A stretch of DNA of 54,061 bases from a virus (IMGVR_UViG_3300041809_003422:1-54061); one strand, 5' to 3'. Positions 1 through 9,389 are shown, counted from the first letter of the stretch. Numbers and translations are program-made. The notes: generated by a model not told the origin, from the sequence alone.

Positions 1-336
1 TCATACCGACCTGCGGCCGCCGATCGCGCCAGCCATCGCGCCGACCAAGAAGACACCGAGGCCCGCGATCGCCAGCCACCAGGTGTCGTAGTTGCCTTGT
101 TTGCGAGGCATATCGACCACCAGACCGTGCTTTGCATCGTATGCGAGGCACAGGGCAGGGCGGCCGGCGTCGGGCTCGACGGACTCGACCTGCAATTCGC
201 CGGCGCGGTTAAGGGCATCGATCTGGCGCACTTGGTCGCCGGCGTGAGACCAGGCGGCCCCGCCGTACCAGAGCGTCGCCGCGGCGATGGCCGCCGCCAG
301 GGCGATGACGACGACGGCGACGATCAACTGGAACAT
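1..336 (-). CDS. Small membrane protein with pilin-like N-terminal helix
   Basis: MFQLIVAVVVIALAAAIAAATLWYGG N-terminus and hydrophobic C-terminus; ATG at 336. Confidence 0.55.
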   Translation of the reverse strand: MFQLIVAVVVIALAAAIAAATLWYGGAAWSHAGDQVRQIDALNRAGELQVESVEPDAGRPALCLAYDAKHGLVVDMPRKQGNYDTWWLAIAGLGVFLVGAMAGAIGGRRSV

Positions 337-644
337 GAGTCGGTCACAGAGTCGCCTAGCCGCCAGACGCACTCGGCGCCGCGCAGCGCGATCTTGCCGA
401 ATGATCGGTCGCTGGCCGCTTCGAGCCGCGCTCGGCGACACACCATAAAGTGCACGCCGGCCGGCATCGTAGGGCTATCGATCAGCGCCTGGTTGTAGCC
501 ACGTCGCTCTGTGATGACGACGAAAAAGTGCGACGGCGGAGGATCGTCATCAATCAGACCAGGATCGCTGCGCCAGACTTCAATGGCGTCGTAGTCGGCG
601 ATCAGGCGACGGATCGCATATTCAAGCTCTGATCGTGTCGCCAT
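324..644 (-). CDS. Hypothetical protein
   Basis: GGAGAG RBS, overlaps the integrase stop. Confidence 0.6.
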   Translation of the reverse strand: MATRSELEYAIRRLIADYDAIEVWRSDPGLIDDDPPPSHFFVVITERRGYNQALIDSPTMPAGVHFMVCRRARLEAASDRSFGKIALRGAECVWRLGDSVTDSCSS

Positions 645-1671
645 TGGTCTCTCCGTACCGGCTCTCCAGCTTCAACGCCGCTTGTTCGGCCAGTTCGACC
701 CTCCCGCCGAGGTAATGGGCGTCCAGGATCGCCTCGACGTCCCGCAGGCTGTGGCCGGTGATCGAGGCGATCTGCGGCACCGAGCACTCCGAGAGCGCCA
801 GTCGCGTGACGGCGGTGCCGCGCAGGTCGTGGAAATGCCGGTCGTCGATCCCGGCGCGCTCGACCGCCCTGTAGAAGGACGACTTGAAGCCGTCCCGAGT
901 CCACGGATTGCCGGTGCTGCTGACGAGAATCGTATCGCCTACCCGCTCGACGCCGTCGAGGAAACGCTTGAGAGTAGCGCCGACCGGGATGCTGACTGCC
1001 TTGCCCGTCTTGCTTTGCACCAGGCGGATTGTCTTGCCGTCGTATGCGCTCCACGGCATCGCGAGGACGTCGCCCTGGCGCTGCCCGGTCCACAGGGCCA
1101 AGAGGACGACCGCCATGACCTCCAGCGACGCCGTCGACGCCAGGGAGCGCAGGTCGGGCTCCGTCCAAATGATGGCGGCGCGCCCGCCGCCTTTGTAGAG
1201 CCTACCGCCGCGCTCGCAGGGGTTCAGAGCAATGATCGAGCGATTCTTGGCCCACGACAGAACGCGCGCCAGGGTCGTCCACGCGTAGTCGGCGGCGCGC
1301 GGATGCGCAGACATGTCGTCGCGCCACTCCAAAAAATCTCCGCGGATCGCCGGGTCGGCCAGGGCGGCGATCGGAAGCGTGCCGAACTCGCTCTTGATGC
1401 GCTTCAAGTAGATTTCGTAGTTGGCGCGCGACGCCGCGCTCAGCCCGGTGAAGTCGGAAGAGGCCTTGTAGCGTTCCAGGATGCTCACCAGTTGGCCTTC
1501 CGGAGCCGTCTTGAGCTTTGAGACGGCGGCGTCGTAGGAGGCAGCGAATTCATGGCTGCCGGGATTCCCGACGAGCTTCGCCCCGCCCTCGCGGAGGTAG
1601 TGGTGGATCGTCACGCTGCCGTCGACGTGCCGCCGCTTGACGGTCTTAATGCCCTTGAGACGAACGCGCAC
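622..1671 (-). CDS. int: Tyrosine recombinase/integrase
   Basis: Catalytic motifs TGQRQGD, FHDLRGT, ITGHS, AHYL; probable GTG start at 1671. Confidence 0.96.
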   Translation of the reverse strand: MRVRLKGIKTVKRRHVDGSVTIHHYLREGGAKLVGNPGSHEFAASYDAAVSKLKTAPEGQLVSILERYKASSDFTGLSAASRANYEIYLKRIKSEFGTLPIAALADPAIRGDFLEWRDDMSAHPRAADYAWTTLARVLSWAKNRSIIALNPCERGGRLYKGGGRAAIIWTEPDLRSLASTASLEVMAVVLLALWTGQRQGDVLAMPWSAYDGKTIRLVQSKTGKAVSIPVGATLKRFLDGVERVGDTILVSSTGNPWTRDGFKSSFYRAVERAGIDDRHFHDLRGTAVTRLALSECSVPQIASITGHSLRDVEAILDAHYLGGRVELAEQAALKLESRYGETNGDTIRA

Positions 1672-1942
1672 GGCTGGATTTCCATTCTTCTCTCGCCGAC
1701 TGCGGCGTCGGAGTCGCCCCAATTCCGCTCAGGCGGTCAAGCTTGGCGTCAATTGCCGCCCGGTCCCACCGCCTGGTGCCAAGGATCGCTGGCGGCATCC
1801 TGCCAGATCTAACCCACTGATTCCAGCTCGGGATTCCCACGCCACAATAATAGGCGGCCTCGCGCGCCGAAAGGAGCCGCGGTGCGAACGGAGGCGGTTC
1901 CGGCGTCAGATCGATCTCGGCGACGACACACTCGAAGGTCAT
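1646..1942 (-). CDS. Excisionase-like HTH protein
   Basis: PRLLSAREAAYYCGV...RRWDRAAID winged-HTH pattern, overlaps the int start. Confidence 0.85.
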   Translation of the reverse strand: MTFECVVAEIDLTPEPPPFAPRLLSAREAAYYCGVGIPSWNQWVRSGRMPPAILGTRRWDRAAIDAKLDRLSGIGATPTPQSAREEWKSSRARSSQGH

Positions 1943-2094
1943 AGAATCACTCACGCGAACAACGCGAGAAACTGTCGAGCTGGCCCGTGAAAACGTCAAT
2001 CGACTATGCCGGGAAACGACGACCTGGCAGGGCGCGATGGACGCGCAGGCGCAGGCTGGATAATGTTGCGGAATCGTAGACGCAGGAGCGTCTC

Positions 2095-2469
2095 ATGACA
2101 GAGACAAAGCCCAAGCTTTCGGACACCTCGATGGACGACGTTTGGCATGCGCTATATTTCATTGCGTTTGCGTCCGTAGTTTTGGGCACCATCGGGTTCG
2201 TCAATTGGAGCCCCGACGAGCAGCAGAAGGCTGAATTCGCAAACACAAATCTGCTTTGCAAAATGGGGAAGGTCTGCTCAAGCTATCCGGACGTAAGGGA
2301 CATGTGCGCGACCGCCGGCAGCTTCGATAAGTGCATGGAGGTCAAGTACGGCAGCCGAGAAAAATACGACGCGACGAAGCTGGCCTGCACAAACGACGGC
2401 AAAATCCAGATTGACGAGTCCAAGATTCCCGGAACGGTTTCGTGCTGGGTCGCATGGATTAAGGGGTAG
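2095..2469 (+). CDS. Moron: single-TM protein with Cys-rich extracytoplasmic domain
   Basis: Opposite strand to neighbours, GGAG RBS, one TM, 6 Cys; possible TGGACG-17-TAATGT promoter at 2038-2066; paralog at 53716. Confidence 0.8.
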   Translation: MTETKPKLSDTSMDDVWHALYFIAFASVVLGTIGFVNWSPDEQQKAEFANTNLLCKMGKVCSSYPDVRDMCATAGSFDKCMEVKYGSREKYDATKLACTNDGKIQIDESKIPGTVSCWVAWIKG

Positions 2470-2472
2470 GCG

Positions 2473-2643
2473 ATGACTGAAGACGAGAAGCCGCCGGTCG
2501 ACATACCGCCTGAATCGGACGGGAAGCCACCTAAGGTCGCGAAACCAAATCCGAGTACTAGAGGCGAAGGAGATCGCAACAAACGCGTGGGGCGGAAGCC
2601 GCCACGGCCAACGCGCAAACCCAGACGCGAGGGGCGGAAGTGA
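2473..2643 (+). CDS. Small Pro/Lys/Arg-rich hypothetical protein (56 aa)
   Basis: ATG 3 nt after previous stop, fills the gap. Confidence 0.35.
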   Translation: MTEDEKPPVDIPPESDGKPPKVAKPNPSTRGEGDRNKRVGRKPPRPTRKPRREGRK

Positions 2644-2658
2644 GCCGCCAAGGTGAGT

Positions 2659-3375
2659 TCACCCGCCAAACGCGCTTTCGATCGCGAACAAGTCTACCTC
2701 GCCAAGATTTGATTCCGTTAGCAGCGCTTCCTCTGCCTCTTGCCTGGTCAACTCGTCGTGACGTAACTGAGCAATCCGAATGTCCCAGGCCTCGCGCTTG
2801 GACTCGACCTTCTTGGCCCTGATCCTGGCCTTCTTGAGCGTCTCGACGACATGATCGAGCACTCCGATTCCGCTAACGCTGACGTCAGGGCGCCCGACGA
2901 CGAAGCGATCAACGCGCACCATGTGCTGCCAGTTGTACTTACCAGACACCACACAGCGGAAAATCGGGATATCGCCGACGCGGTCCTGGGTCGAGATCGA
3001 ATGGAAGATGACCGGAATCCTTGTCAGCCCATGCTGCGCGGCGATCTCGTCCACCATCGGCGTGTCAGGCGCGGAATTCGTCGCCACGATGCGAGCGTTC
3101 GGACCGTCCAGGATGACGCTCAGGCCGGCCTTCTTGAGGCGGTCGACCAGGTGTTCGGTCCAATCGCGCCGGTTCTGGACATGCCACTCAATCGCGCAGT
3201 CGTATCGGCTAACGGTCTTTCCGGCGACGATCGCAGCCTTGATGAACGGGACGTCTTCAATCGTCGAGCCGTCCCATGCCTCCAGTCCGTCGACGAGCCG
3301 CTTCTGCCAGTCGCCGCGCGTCAAGGTGCGAGCGATCTCCTGATCCGACGGGCACGGGTAGGTGGTGTACGTCAC
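2659..3375 (-). CDS. Hypothetical early protein
   Basis: Long ORF coupled to upstream gene (GTGA overlap). Confidence 0.75.
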   Translation of the reverse strand: MTYTTYPCPSDQEIARTLTRGDWQKRLVDGLEAWDGSTIEDVPFIKAAIVAGKTVSRYDCAIEWHVQNRRDWTEHLVDRLKKAGLSVILDGPNARIVATNSAPDTPMVDEIAAQHGLTRIPVIFHSISTQDRVGDIPIFRCVVSGKYNWQHMVRVDRFVVGRPDVSVSGIGVLDHVVETLKKARIRAKKVESKREAWDIRIAQLRHDELTRQEAEEALLTESNLGEVDLFAIESAFGG

Positions 3376-3593
3376 GGCTCAACCGTCCTGCCGAATTCCC
3401 TCATCTTGGCGGCCAGTTCGTAGGTGCTGAGAACGACCCTAGAGCGGCCATCCTGATCGATCGTCACGACTTGCGCGAACCGCCGCCGATCCAGGCGATC
3501 CCAGTAGGCGCCTTCGACAGCGGCCTCCAGCGTGTCGAACTCGCGCTCCTCGATGCCGGAAGGGCCAAAGCCCTCGACGAAGAACTTGGCCAT
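3372..3593 (-). CDS. Hypothetical protein
   Basis: GGAGG RBS, operon packing. Confidence 0.7.
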   Translation of the reverse strand: MAKFFVEGFGPSGIEEREFDTLEAAVEGAYWDRLDRRRFAQVVTIDQDGRSRVVLSTYELAAKMREFGRTVEP

Positions 3594-3597
3594 GGCG

Positions 3598-3846
3598 TCA
3601 CGCCTCCTCGAACTTAAAGCTCCACTGGTCGACGTAGACCTTGCCTGACAGGTCGAGCGCGTCGGCGTCGGTGCGCCTAGACCACCCAGCCAGGCGCGCC
3701 GCCTCCCGCGCCATGATCCGATTCTGAATCGAATGGATGTCGCGGCAGTGCTCGGCCAGGTCGCAAGGATGCTCGACCGGCAGGGCGCTGAGAGCCGACC
3801 AGAGATCAGCCGTCAGCTTAAGAGCGGCGCGCTCGGCGGGGGTCAT
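3598..3846 (-). CDS. Hypothetical protein
   Basis: GGAGG RBS, operon packing. Confidence 0.7.
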   Translation of the reverse strand: MTPAERAALKLTADLWSALSALPVEHPCDLAEHCRDIHSIQNRIMAREAARLAGWSRRTDADALDLSGKVYVDQWSFKFEEA

Positions 3847-3850
3847 GGCG

Positions 3851-4141
3851 TCACACCTCCTGAAACTCGACGGACCAGAAGCCGTCTTTGACTTGGAAAG
3901 CTTTGAGCCTGAAAGAGCCGTGCACCTTGTCTATGCCGAGCCTCTTGGCGGCGGCATCCATGCGGCGCCACAAGATGGTGTGCTCAAGCTCTCCCCAGTC
4001 GGCATACTGGCAGCCCTCTCCATCCGGGCGCCGGCACGCGCAGGTCGGCCGCATCACGTCGGTGAGGTCGATCTGACCGCCATGCCGGCAGTCTTCGAAG
4101 GCCATCTGGCTGCCGCACAGCTTGCGATCTTCAGTGGTCAT
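3851..4141 (-). CDS. Hypothetical Cys-containing protein
   Basis: ATGA overlap, operon packing. Confidence 0.7.
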   Translation of the reverse strand: MTTEDRKLCGSQMAFEDCRHGGQIDLTDVMRPTCACRRPDGEGCQYADWGELEHTILWRRMDAAAKRLGIDKVHGSFRLKAFQVKDGFWSVEFQEV

Positions 4142-4350
4142 TGGCAGATCACTCGGTAGTGTTCGTGGATGTAAATGCGCGGCCGTCCGCCTTCCTCGCG
4201 CGGGTACTCGACGTGCATGTAGGCGGGCTCAGGCGCCGGCGGACGCTCGCCGTCTTGCTGGGCGTCGTTCTGGCCGCCCTTGCGAACATATCCCTCTGGC
4301 AGAGAGGGGATCATCGTACCGGCGACGAAAACCTTAGGAGCCTTGGTCAT
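4138..4350 (-). CDS. Hypothetical protein
   Basis: ATGA overlaps at both ends. Confidence 0.6.
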   Translation of the reverse strand: MTKAPKVFVAGTMIPSLPEGYVRKGGQNDAQQDGERPPAPEPAYMHVEYPREEGGRPRIYIHEHYRVICQ

Positions 4351-4637
4351 GCTGCTACGCCCTTTAACTGCGTCCGCACACGGACGGAGTGCTCTAGGGC
4401 GCCAACGGTTACCTCGACCAATGAGCCGCCGCACCAGACACAGAATTTCTCCCCTGGCTGGGCTTCCGGGATCATCAGGTTCTTCGCCAGGTCCTGCTGT
4501 GCGTGGCGCAAGGCATTCTGAGCGGACGTGCGCTCGCGCTCGGCGTCTCGCAGCCTCTGCTCGGCGTCCTGCCAGTCCTTGAACTTCTTGGCGGTGCCTG
4601 GCGGCCCGCCCGCTTCAAGTTGAAAGCCCATAGACAT
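4347..4637 (-). CDS. Hypothetical coiled-coil protein
   Basis: GGAG RBS, operon packing. Confidence 0.7.
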   Translation of the reverse strand: MSMGFQLEAGGPPGTAKKFKDWQDAEQRLRDAERERTSAQNALRHAQQDLAKNLMIPEAQPGEKFCVWCGGSLVEVTVGALEHSVRVRTQLKGVAA

Positions 4638-4651
4638 GCTCCATCACTCCC

Positions 4652-5428
4652 TCAGAACGGCGCCCTCAGGTACGCATCCTGCGTCTTCGTCCACGCGATC
4701 GTCGCCGGGTCGCCGCGCTTGACGTGATCGGCCGGCTGCTTGCCGTCGGGCGTGTCCCAAACGCAGACTGTCAGCCCGGCAACCCCGTCGCCGAAAACCC
4801 TGTAGGCGATCGTGTCGGCGAGCAGCCCTGCGCCCATGCGCTCGGCGCGGCACGTCGAGGCGTCGACGACCTGGCCGATCCTCGCGAGCGCCGTGACGGC
4901 CGCCTCGATCGCCCTCTGTCCGTACACGTCGACCTCCGCCGACATGACGGCCGGTGCCGGCGACGTCACCGACGTCTTGAACGCCAACGTCTTGCCGGTC
5001 GTCGGGTCGGCGTCGACGCCGGGGATCGCGTCGGCAGGGATGCGCTGCTCGCGCGTCAGCGCCGCCGGCCGGCGAATGGGGCGTGCAGTCATCGGCTTAC
5101 TCTCCTGGTGAACCTGGTCGCCGCGGCGCACCTCGACGGTTTCGCCGCGAAGCCATCGCAAAGCGCGCTGGCCGTCGTACTCAGACGCCGTCGACGACAC
5201 GGAGAGCGAGGTGACGCCGATCGCTTCGTAGAGGTCCTCTTTAGTGTGGCTGGTGTCGCGCAGCGTCGCGAAGATCGCCTTGCGCGTGTCTGGATCGAGT
5301 TCGATCTGCTGCTGGAGCGAGGCGATCGCATCCGATGCCTCGTCGAACGATCTCACATATGGCTCATCGCAACGCGCCTTGATCGCAAGACGCTTGATGT
5401 AGCCAAGCTGATTGAGCGTCGCCGACAT
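4652..5428 (-). CDS. Hypothetical protein
   Basis: ATG at 5428 just after upstream stop; long ORF. Confidence 0.7.
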   Translation of the reverse strand: MSATLNQLGYIKRLAIKARCDEPYVRSFDEASDAIASLQQQIELDPDTRKAIFATLRDTSHTKEDLYEAIGVTSLSVSSTASEYDGQRALRWLRGETVEVRRGDQVHQESKPMTARPIRRPAALTREQRIPADAIPGVDADPTTGKTLAFKTSVTSPAPAVMSAEVDVYGQRAIEAAVTALARIGQVVDASTCRAERMGAGLLADTIAYRVFGDGVAGLTVCVWDTPDGKQPADHVKRGDPATIAWTKTQDAYLRAPF

Positions 5429-5430
5429 GG

Positions 5431-5928
5431 TCAGCCCTTGAGTTCGTTCGAGAGCAACCCACCGGTGCCTGCCGATGGATCGACGACCAAGTCGCCATGT
5501 TCGAAGCGCCGAATCTGTTGCACTTGGACGTCGCTCAGATGCGTCTGATTGGCGATAAGCTGCTGAACCATGGCTCGGGCGACGTCGCGCTGCCTGGTCA
5601 TGTCTTCGAGCGCGGCGGCAGCGCTCGGATACTCGCATCGGAACTTGACGCCGACCAGTTCGAACGATGGCTCATCGCGCAGCGATCGCATGAACGACGG
5701 CACAGCGCTGAACGCGTCCGTATTGCGCTTCATCGCCCACTCGACCTCGTTAAAGAGGCGAGGACGCAGCGTAATCGCCACCGGCAGCCGGTCGCCGATG
5801 TCGGTCGTTAAGCGGCGCTCTTCCGCCGTGAACGATTGGAAATACATGAGGGCGACGACCATGCCATCAACGGTGCTCTGGAGCCTGCTGAAGGCCTCGT
5901 CTTCGATGGTTTTATGCTTGTCCATCAC
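5431..5928 (-). CDS. Hypothetical protein
   Basis: Operon packing. Confidence 0.7.
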   Translation of the reverse strand: MMDKHKTIEDEAFSRLQSTVDGMVVALMYFQSFTAEERRLTTDIGDRLPVAITLRPRLFNEVEWAMKRNTDAFSAVPSFMRSLRDEPSFELVGVKFRCEYPSAAAALEDMTRQRDVARAMVQQLIANQTHLSDVQVQQIRRFEHGDLVVDPSAGTGGLLSNELKG

Positions 5929-5933
5929 GCATG

Positions 5934-6167
5934 CTACTTGAGGTCCACAAACCCGACAGGGCGCCGCTCGGGCGTCCGGAAAATCTTAACGCCGTTTGCG
6001 TCGACCAGGCCGGTGTCGACGTTGCCCGCGGCCTCATCGATGGCGACGATCGTCGCGTGGCGGCTGGACGGCTGACCGCTCGTCCACGACCAGCCAAAGG
6101 CGCAATCGTCTGCGATGTAGGCCTTCGGCTGGCGGGTGACGTAGCGGTCAGTCATGCGACGAATCAC
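5934..6167 (-). CDS. Hypothetical protein (start may be ATG at 6155)
   Basis: DTGLVDANGVKIFR..PVGF phage-like motif; packing. Confidence 0.7.
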   Translation of the reverse strand: MIRRMTDRYVTRQPKAYIADDCAFGWSWTSGQPSSRHATIVAIDEAAGNVDTGLVDANGVKIFRTPERRPVGFVDLK

Positions 6168-6677
6168 TCACTTCTTGGCGGCGGCAGCGGCAACCTGGGC
6201 GGCGGCGAGCGCGCCGGCGGAACCCGGCTTCGGCGTCGGCTGGGTCGGCGTGGCTGCGGGCGCCGGCTTGGCGGCAGGGACGGTCTTGGCTGCCGCGATC
6301 TGCGCAGCGGTGGCCGCGATGACTTCCTTGGCGACGATCACGGCCTCCTGCGTCGCGTCGAGATTCGGAACGGCTAGCAAAGCAGCCGCAACGGCGTCGA
6401 CCGACAGCAGATCGCCTTCGGCGTCGGCGACCTTGACGCCGACTGTGGCGAAATAGGACGCCGGATGCGTGACGTCGACGGTCAACCCCAACCGCGCGTT
6501 GAAGACGTAGTTTTTCTTGTCGACGGCGGCGCGCATCAGCGCCTTGAATTTCTGCGCCGGCGTCAAGGCGATCGCCGGGTGCGGCGGCTGCGCCGACGGC
6601 GTCATGTGCGGGTTCGGCATCCCTGCCGGGTGAGCCGGCGTCTGCGACGGGGTAGATTTGACTGCTGTGGTGGCCAT
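6168..6677 (-). CDS. Ala/Pro-rich hypothetical protein
   Basis: GGAGAG RBS. Confidence 0.75.
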   Translation of the reverse strand: MATTAVKSTPSQTPAHPAGMPNPHMTPSAQPPHPAIALTPAQKFKALMRAAVDKKNYVFNARLGLTVDVTHPASYFATVGVKVADAEGDLLSVDAVAAALLAVPNLDATQEAVIVAKEVIAATAAQIAAAKTVPAAKPAPAATPTQPTPKPGSAGALAAAQVAAAAAKK

Positions 6678-6740
6678 CTGGTCTCTCCTAGACGGGTCGT
6701 GAATGCGTCCAAATCGGACTGAGTCGTTAGTGATTCGTCG

Positions 6741-6983
6741 TCAAGCGGCGATTGGCATCCGCTTGCGAAAAACGCCGTACGTGTTCCCCGGTTCGTAGCC
6801 GTAGATCGCGGCGATGGCGGCGAAGGTCGCGTCGTAGCCCTCGCGCAGCGTCAGCGCCCGCGTCACGTTCGTATTGCTGACGCCGATCAGCAGGGCGATC
6901 TTGGTCCGATCGCCAAGCTCAAGGCCGTTGGACAGCTTTGACGCCAGCCGGGCGCGCGTGATGATTTTGTCGTCGAGTCTCAT
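6741..6983 (-). CDS. Small putative HTH protein
   Basis: RTKIALLIGVSNTNVTRAL HTH-like; ATGA-coupled to gcrA-like gene. Confidence 0.65.
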   Translation of the reverse strand: MRLDDKIITRARLASKLSNGLELGDRTKIALLIGVSNTNVTRALTLREGYDATFAAIAAIYGYEPGNTYGVFRKRMPIAA

Positions 6984-7546
6984 GCCGCCCTCCGGACGTA
7001 GACGACGCCGTGGTGATATTGGCAGTAGCTGGAGCGGCCCATCGTCGGCGCGCCGCAGCACGATCCGCCGTCGTCGATCCAGCGGCACTCGGCCGTCCGC
7101 GTCGCCAGGAATTCCACCCGCTTACTAGGCGGCTCGCCGGTGTGGTCGACGACCGGCGTCGGGAACCAATCGAATAGCGGCAGTCCGGTAGCGCGCACCG
7201 GAAGCGTGAAGGACCGCCCGAAGGTTCGCCGGCCGCCGACGGCAGCCCTGCCGACCGGCTTGAACGGCGTCGTCTTGGAAGAGCCCGCCAGCGAGATCGT
7301 CTCCACATGGGCGACCTTCTGTCGACCAGGGCGACGACCGTGGCCGGCGCCGAAGCGTTCGTCGCGAATGCGGCAGGCCTCGATGACCTCGGCGTTCAAA
7401 CGGCGACGCTGGCGGAGGATCACAGACAGGACGGCCGAGCGGCTGACGCCGAGCGGAGCGGCGATTTGCGAGGCGCTGGCGCCCGTCTTGAGAGCGGCGA
7501 CGACGGCGTCGACACGACCGCCAACGAGCCATTTCATCCGCATCAC
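6980..7546 (-). CDS. gcrA: GcrA-family cell-cycle regulator homolog
   Basis: N-terminal GASASQIAAPLGVSRSAV HTH and C-terminal CRW...CG...SYCQYH...Y pattern typical of GcrA. Confidence 0.88.
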   Translation of the reverse strand: MMRMKWLVGGRVDAVVAALKTGASASQIAAPLGVSRSAVLSVILRQRRRLNAEVIEACRIRDERFGAGHGRRPGRQKVAHVETISLAGSSKTTPFKPVGRAAVGGRRTFGRSFTLPVRATGLPLFDWFPTPVVDHTGEPPSKRVEFLATRTAECRWIDDGGSCCGAPTMGRSSYCQYHHGVVYVRRAA

Positions 7547-7965
7547 GGCAATTCTCCATTGGCGATGTGTTCGGCGCGGCGATGGCTGGCCTCGACTGCC
7601 AATTCAGCGATCCAGCCGTCGACGGTGTTCTCATCGAGAGGACACCACTTGGCGTAATCGAGCGCTTCTTTGACGATGCAGAACGGTACAAAGGGAAATG
7701 GGCGATTTCCGCAATCAAGGAGCATCGTTGCGGCGGCGTCGACGATGCAGCGATCAATGATCTCGTTGACGGACTCGTCGCGAGAGCGAAGCATCGCGAC
7801 GCGGTCATCGAAGGTGAAGACACATCGCTCGATCTCGGTCAAGATCGGGCTGACGCCAGCGTCGGCGAGGCGCATCATGACGAGCTTGAGGGCGCGATTT
7901 TGAAACTCCATGCGCTCCGTAACGACATGCTCGACCCGGCGCATGATCTCTCCCATTTCCATCAT
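7543..7965 (-). CDS. Hypothetical protein
   Basis: Coupled overlaps at both ends. Confidence 0.7.
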   Translation of the reverse strand: MMEMGEIMRRVEHVVTERMEFQNRALKLVMMRLADAGVSPILTEIERCVFTFDDRVAMLRSRDESVNEIIDRCIVDAAATMLLDCGNRPFPFVPFCIVKEALDYAKWCPLDENTVDGWIAELAVEASHRRAEHIANGELP

Positions 7966-8330
7966 GTCGTAGCCCTCCGGCTGTTCACGGCGTCGCCGTG
8001 GGTGTCGAGCGCCGCGGCGGCGCGGGCGAGTTCGGGCTCGACGTCGACGAGCGGAAGGTCGTCGTTAAGCATCTGCCGGCCGGCGTCGATCCAGCGAAGC
8101 AGGATTCCCTTGGCGACGAGGTTAGGCGCCGTAGCGGCCATCTGAGCCATCCAGGATTGGCGATCGGCGGTGTGGCGATCTCGCACGACGACAATGCCGT
8201 CCTGGCCGTCAGGTTTGAAAGCCAGCATGGTCCCGTCATGGTCGACGCGGATCGATCCAGTCGGCCGGACGCCGAAATACAGCGCGTCGTCGCGGCTCAA
8301 AGCGAAGCGGAACTCGCTCATCGTCCTCAT
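7962..8330 (-). CDS. Hypothetical protein
   Basis: GGAGG RBS, ATGA overlap. Confidence 0.7.
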   Translation of the reverse strand: MRTMSEFRFALSRDDALYFGVRPTGSIRVDHDGTMLAFKPDGQDGIVVVRDRHTADRQSWMAQMAATAPNLVAKGILLRWIDAGRQMLNDDLPLVDVEPELARAAAALDTHGDAVNSRRATT

Positions 8331-9061
8331 GCCGCCCTCCGGTCGGGCAGCGACGCCCACATCTTCTGGGCGACCGCACGCACCTTGCGGACATCGTCGC
8401 GGCAGTAGTGTCGAACCTTGGCGATCTCACCCTTGGCCCACAGATCAGCGACCATGGAGCCGTCGATCTCGCCCTTACCGTCGAGGCCGAGAGCCATGCA
8501 CAGTTTGTCGAGGCTAACGTAATCGCGTACGCCAGCCCAGGCCGTCATCGTGTCGAAAACGCAGGCATCCCACGGCTTGGGATTGATCGGCCACCACCAC
8601 GGCATCTTGACGCCAAGAATGATGGCGCGCTGCGTGATGACGCGAATGTCGAAACTGACGACGTTATGGCCGACGATGCGGATCGGATCGCTGAACTTCT
8701 TGAGGTCGTGAAGCCGGTCGGCTTGCGGACTCAGTTCCACATCACGGAAGAAATCGGCGATCAGCGTCTTCTCGTCGAAATCGTTCGACAGTCCGTCCCC
8801 CTCATCGGAGTCGACGGCCGTATAGCCGACCGGGTCGAAATCATTGATCGCAAACCCAATGACGCCGATGCGGCCGTAGGCGCCGTCGAGGGAGGTTTTG
8901 GCGATCGCCTCAGCGAGAGCGGCATGGCGCTCGTTGGCTTCCCATGCCGCGATCGTCTCGGCTTTCTTCATCGAAGCCGGCGGCTTGATGCCGGCGGCGA
9001 TCTTGGCGATCACGCGTTCATCGGCGGTCGGCAGCGTCTCGGTGTCAAGGTAGAGGTCCAT
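8327..9061 (-). CDS. DEDD 3'-5' exonuclease (PolB-exonuclease-like, standalone)
   Basis: ExoI LDTET, ExoII GHNVVSFD, ExoIII HYCRDDV. Confidence 0.9.
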   Translation of the reverse strand: MDLYLDTETLPTADERVIAKIAAGIKPPASMKKAETIAAWEANERHAALAEAIAKTSLDGAYGRIGVIGFAINDFDPVGYTAVDSDEGDGLSNDFDEKTLIADFFRDVELSPQADRLHDLKKFSDPIRIVGHNVVSFDIRVITQRAIILGVKMPWWWPINPKPWDACVFDTMTAWAGVRDYVSLDKLCMALGLDGKGEIDGSMVADLWAKGEIAKVRHYCRDDVRKVRAVAQKMWASLPDRRAA

Positions 9062-9389
9062 CGTCCTTGTCTCTCTTAATGTTGTCGGGGCGGAATCCGC
9101 GCTCCGCCGTGTCGCGCCAGTACTTTTCCATCGTCTCGACGGACTCGCGGAGCGCGACCAGGCCATTGAGCCAACCGCTGCACAGCTCGGCCAACTTGAG
9201 CCGCTGTTCGACTGTCAATGCGCGCTGCGCCGCGGCGACTTGGCTGACGAGCTGCTGCGATTTCCCGAATTCCTTCGCAAGCGGCGTGATCCAGCGCTCT
9301 CCGTAAAGCAGGCGGCCTGTGTCAGCGAGAATCTCTTGATCCGTCTTTGTCACTTTGCGGCTCGGGAATCCGATGCGTCTGATGACCAT
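9045..9389 (-). CDS. Putative HTH regulator, first leftward gene
   Basis: GRLLYGERWITPLAKEFGKSQQLVSQV HTH-like; GGAGAG RBS. Confidence 0.7.
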   Translation of the reverse strand: MVIRRIGFPSRKVTKTDQEILADTGRLLYGERWITPLAKEFGKSQQLVSQVAAAQRALTVEQRLKLAELCSGWLNGLVALRESVETMEKYWRDTAERGFRPDNIKRDKDDGPLP

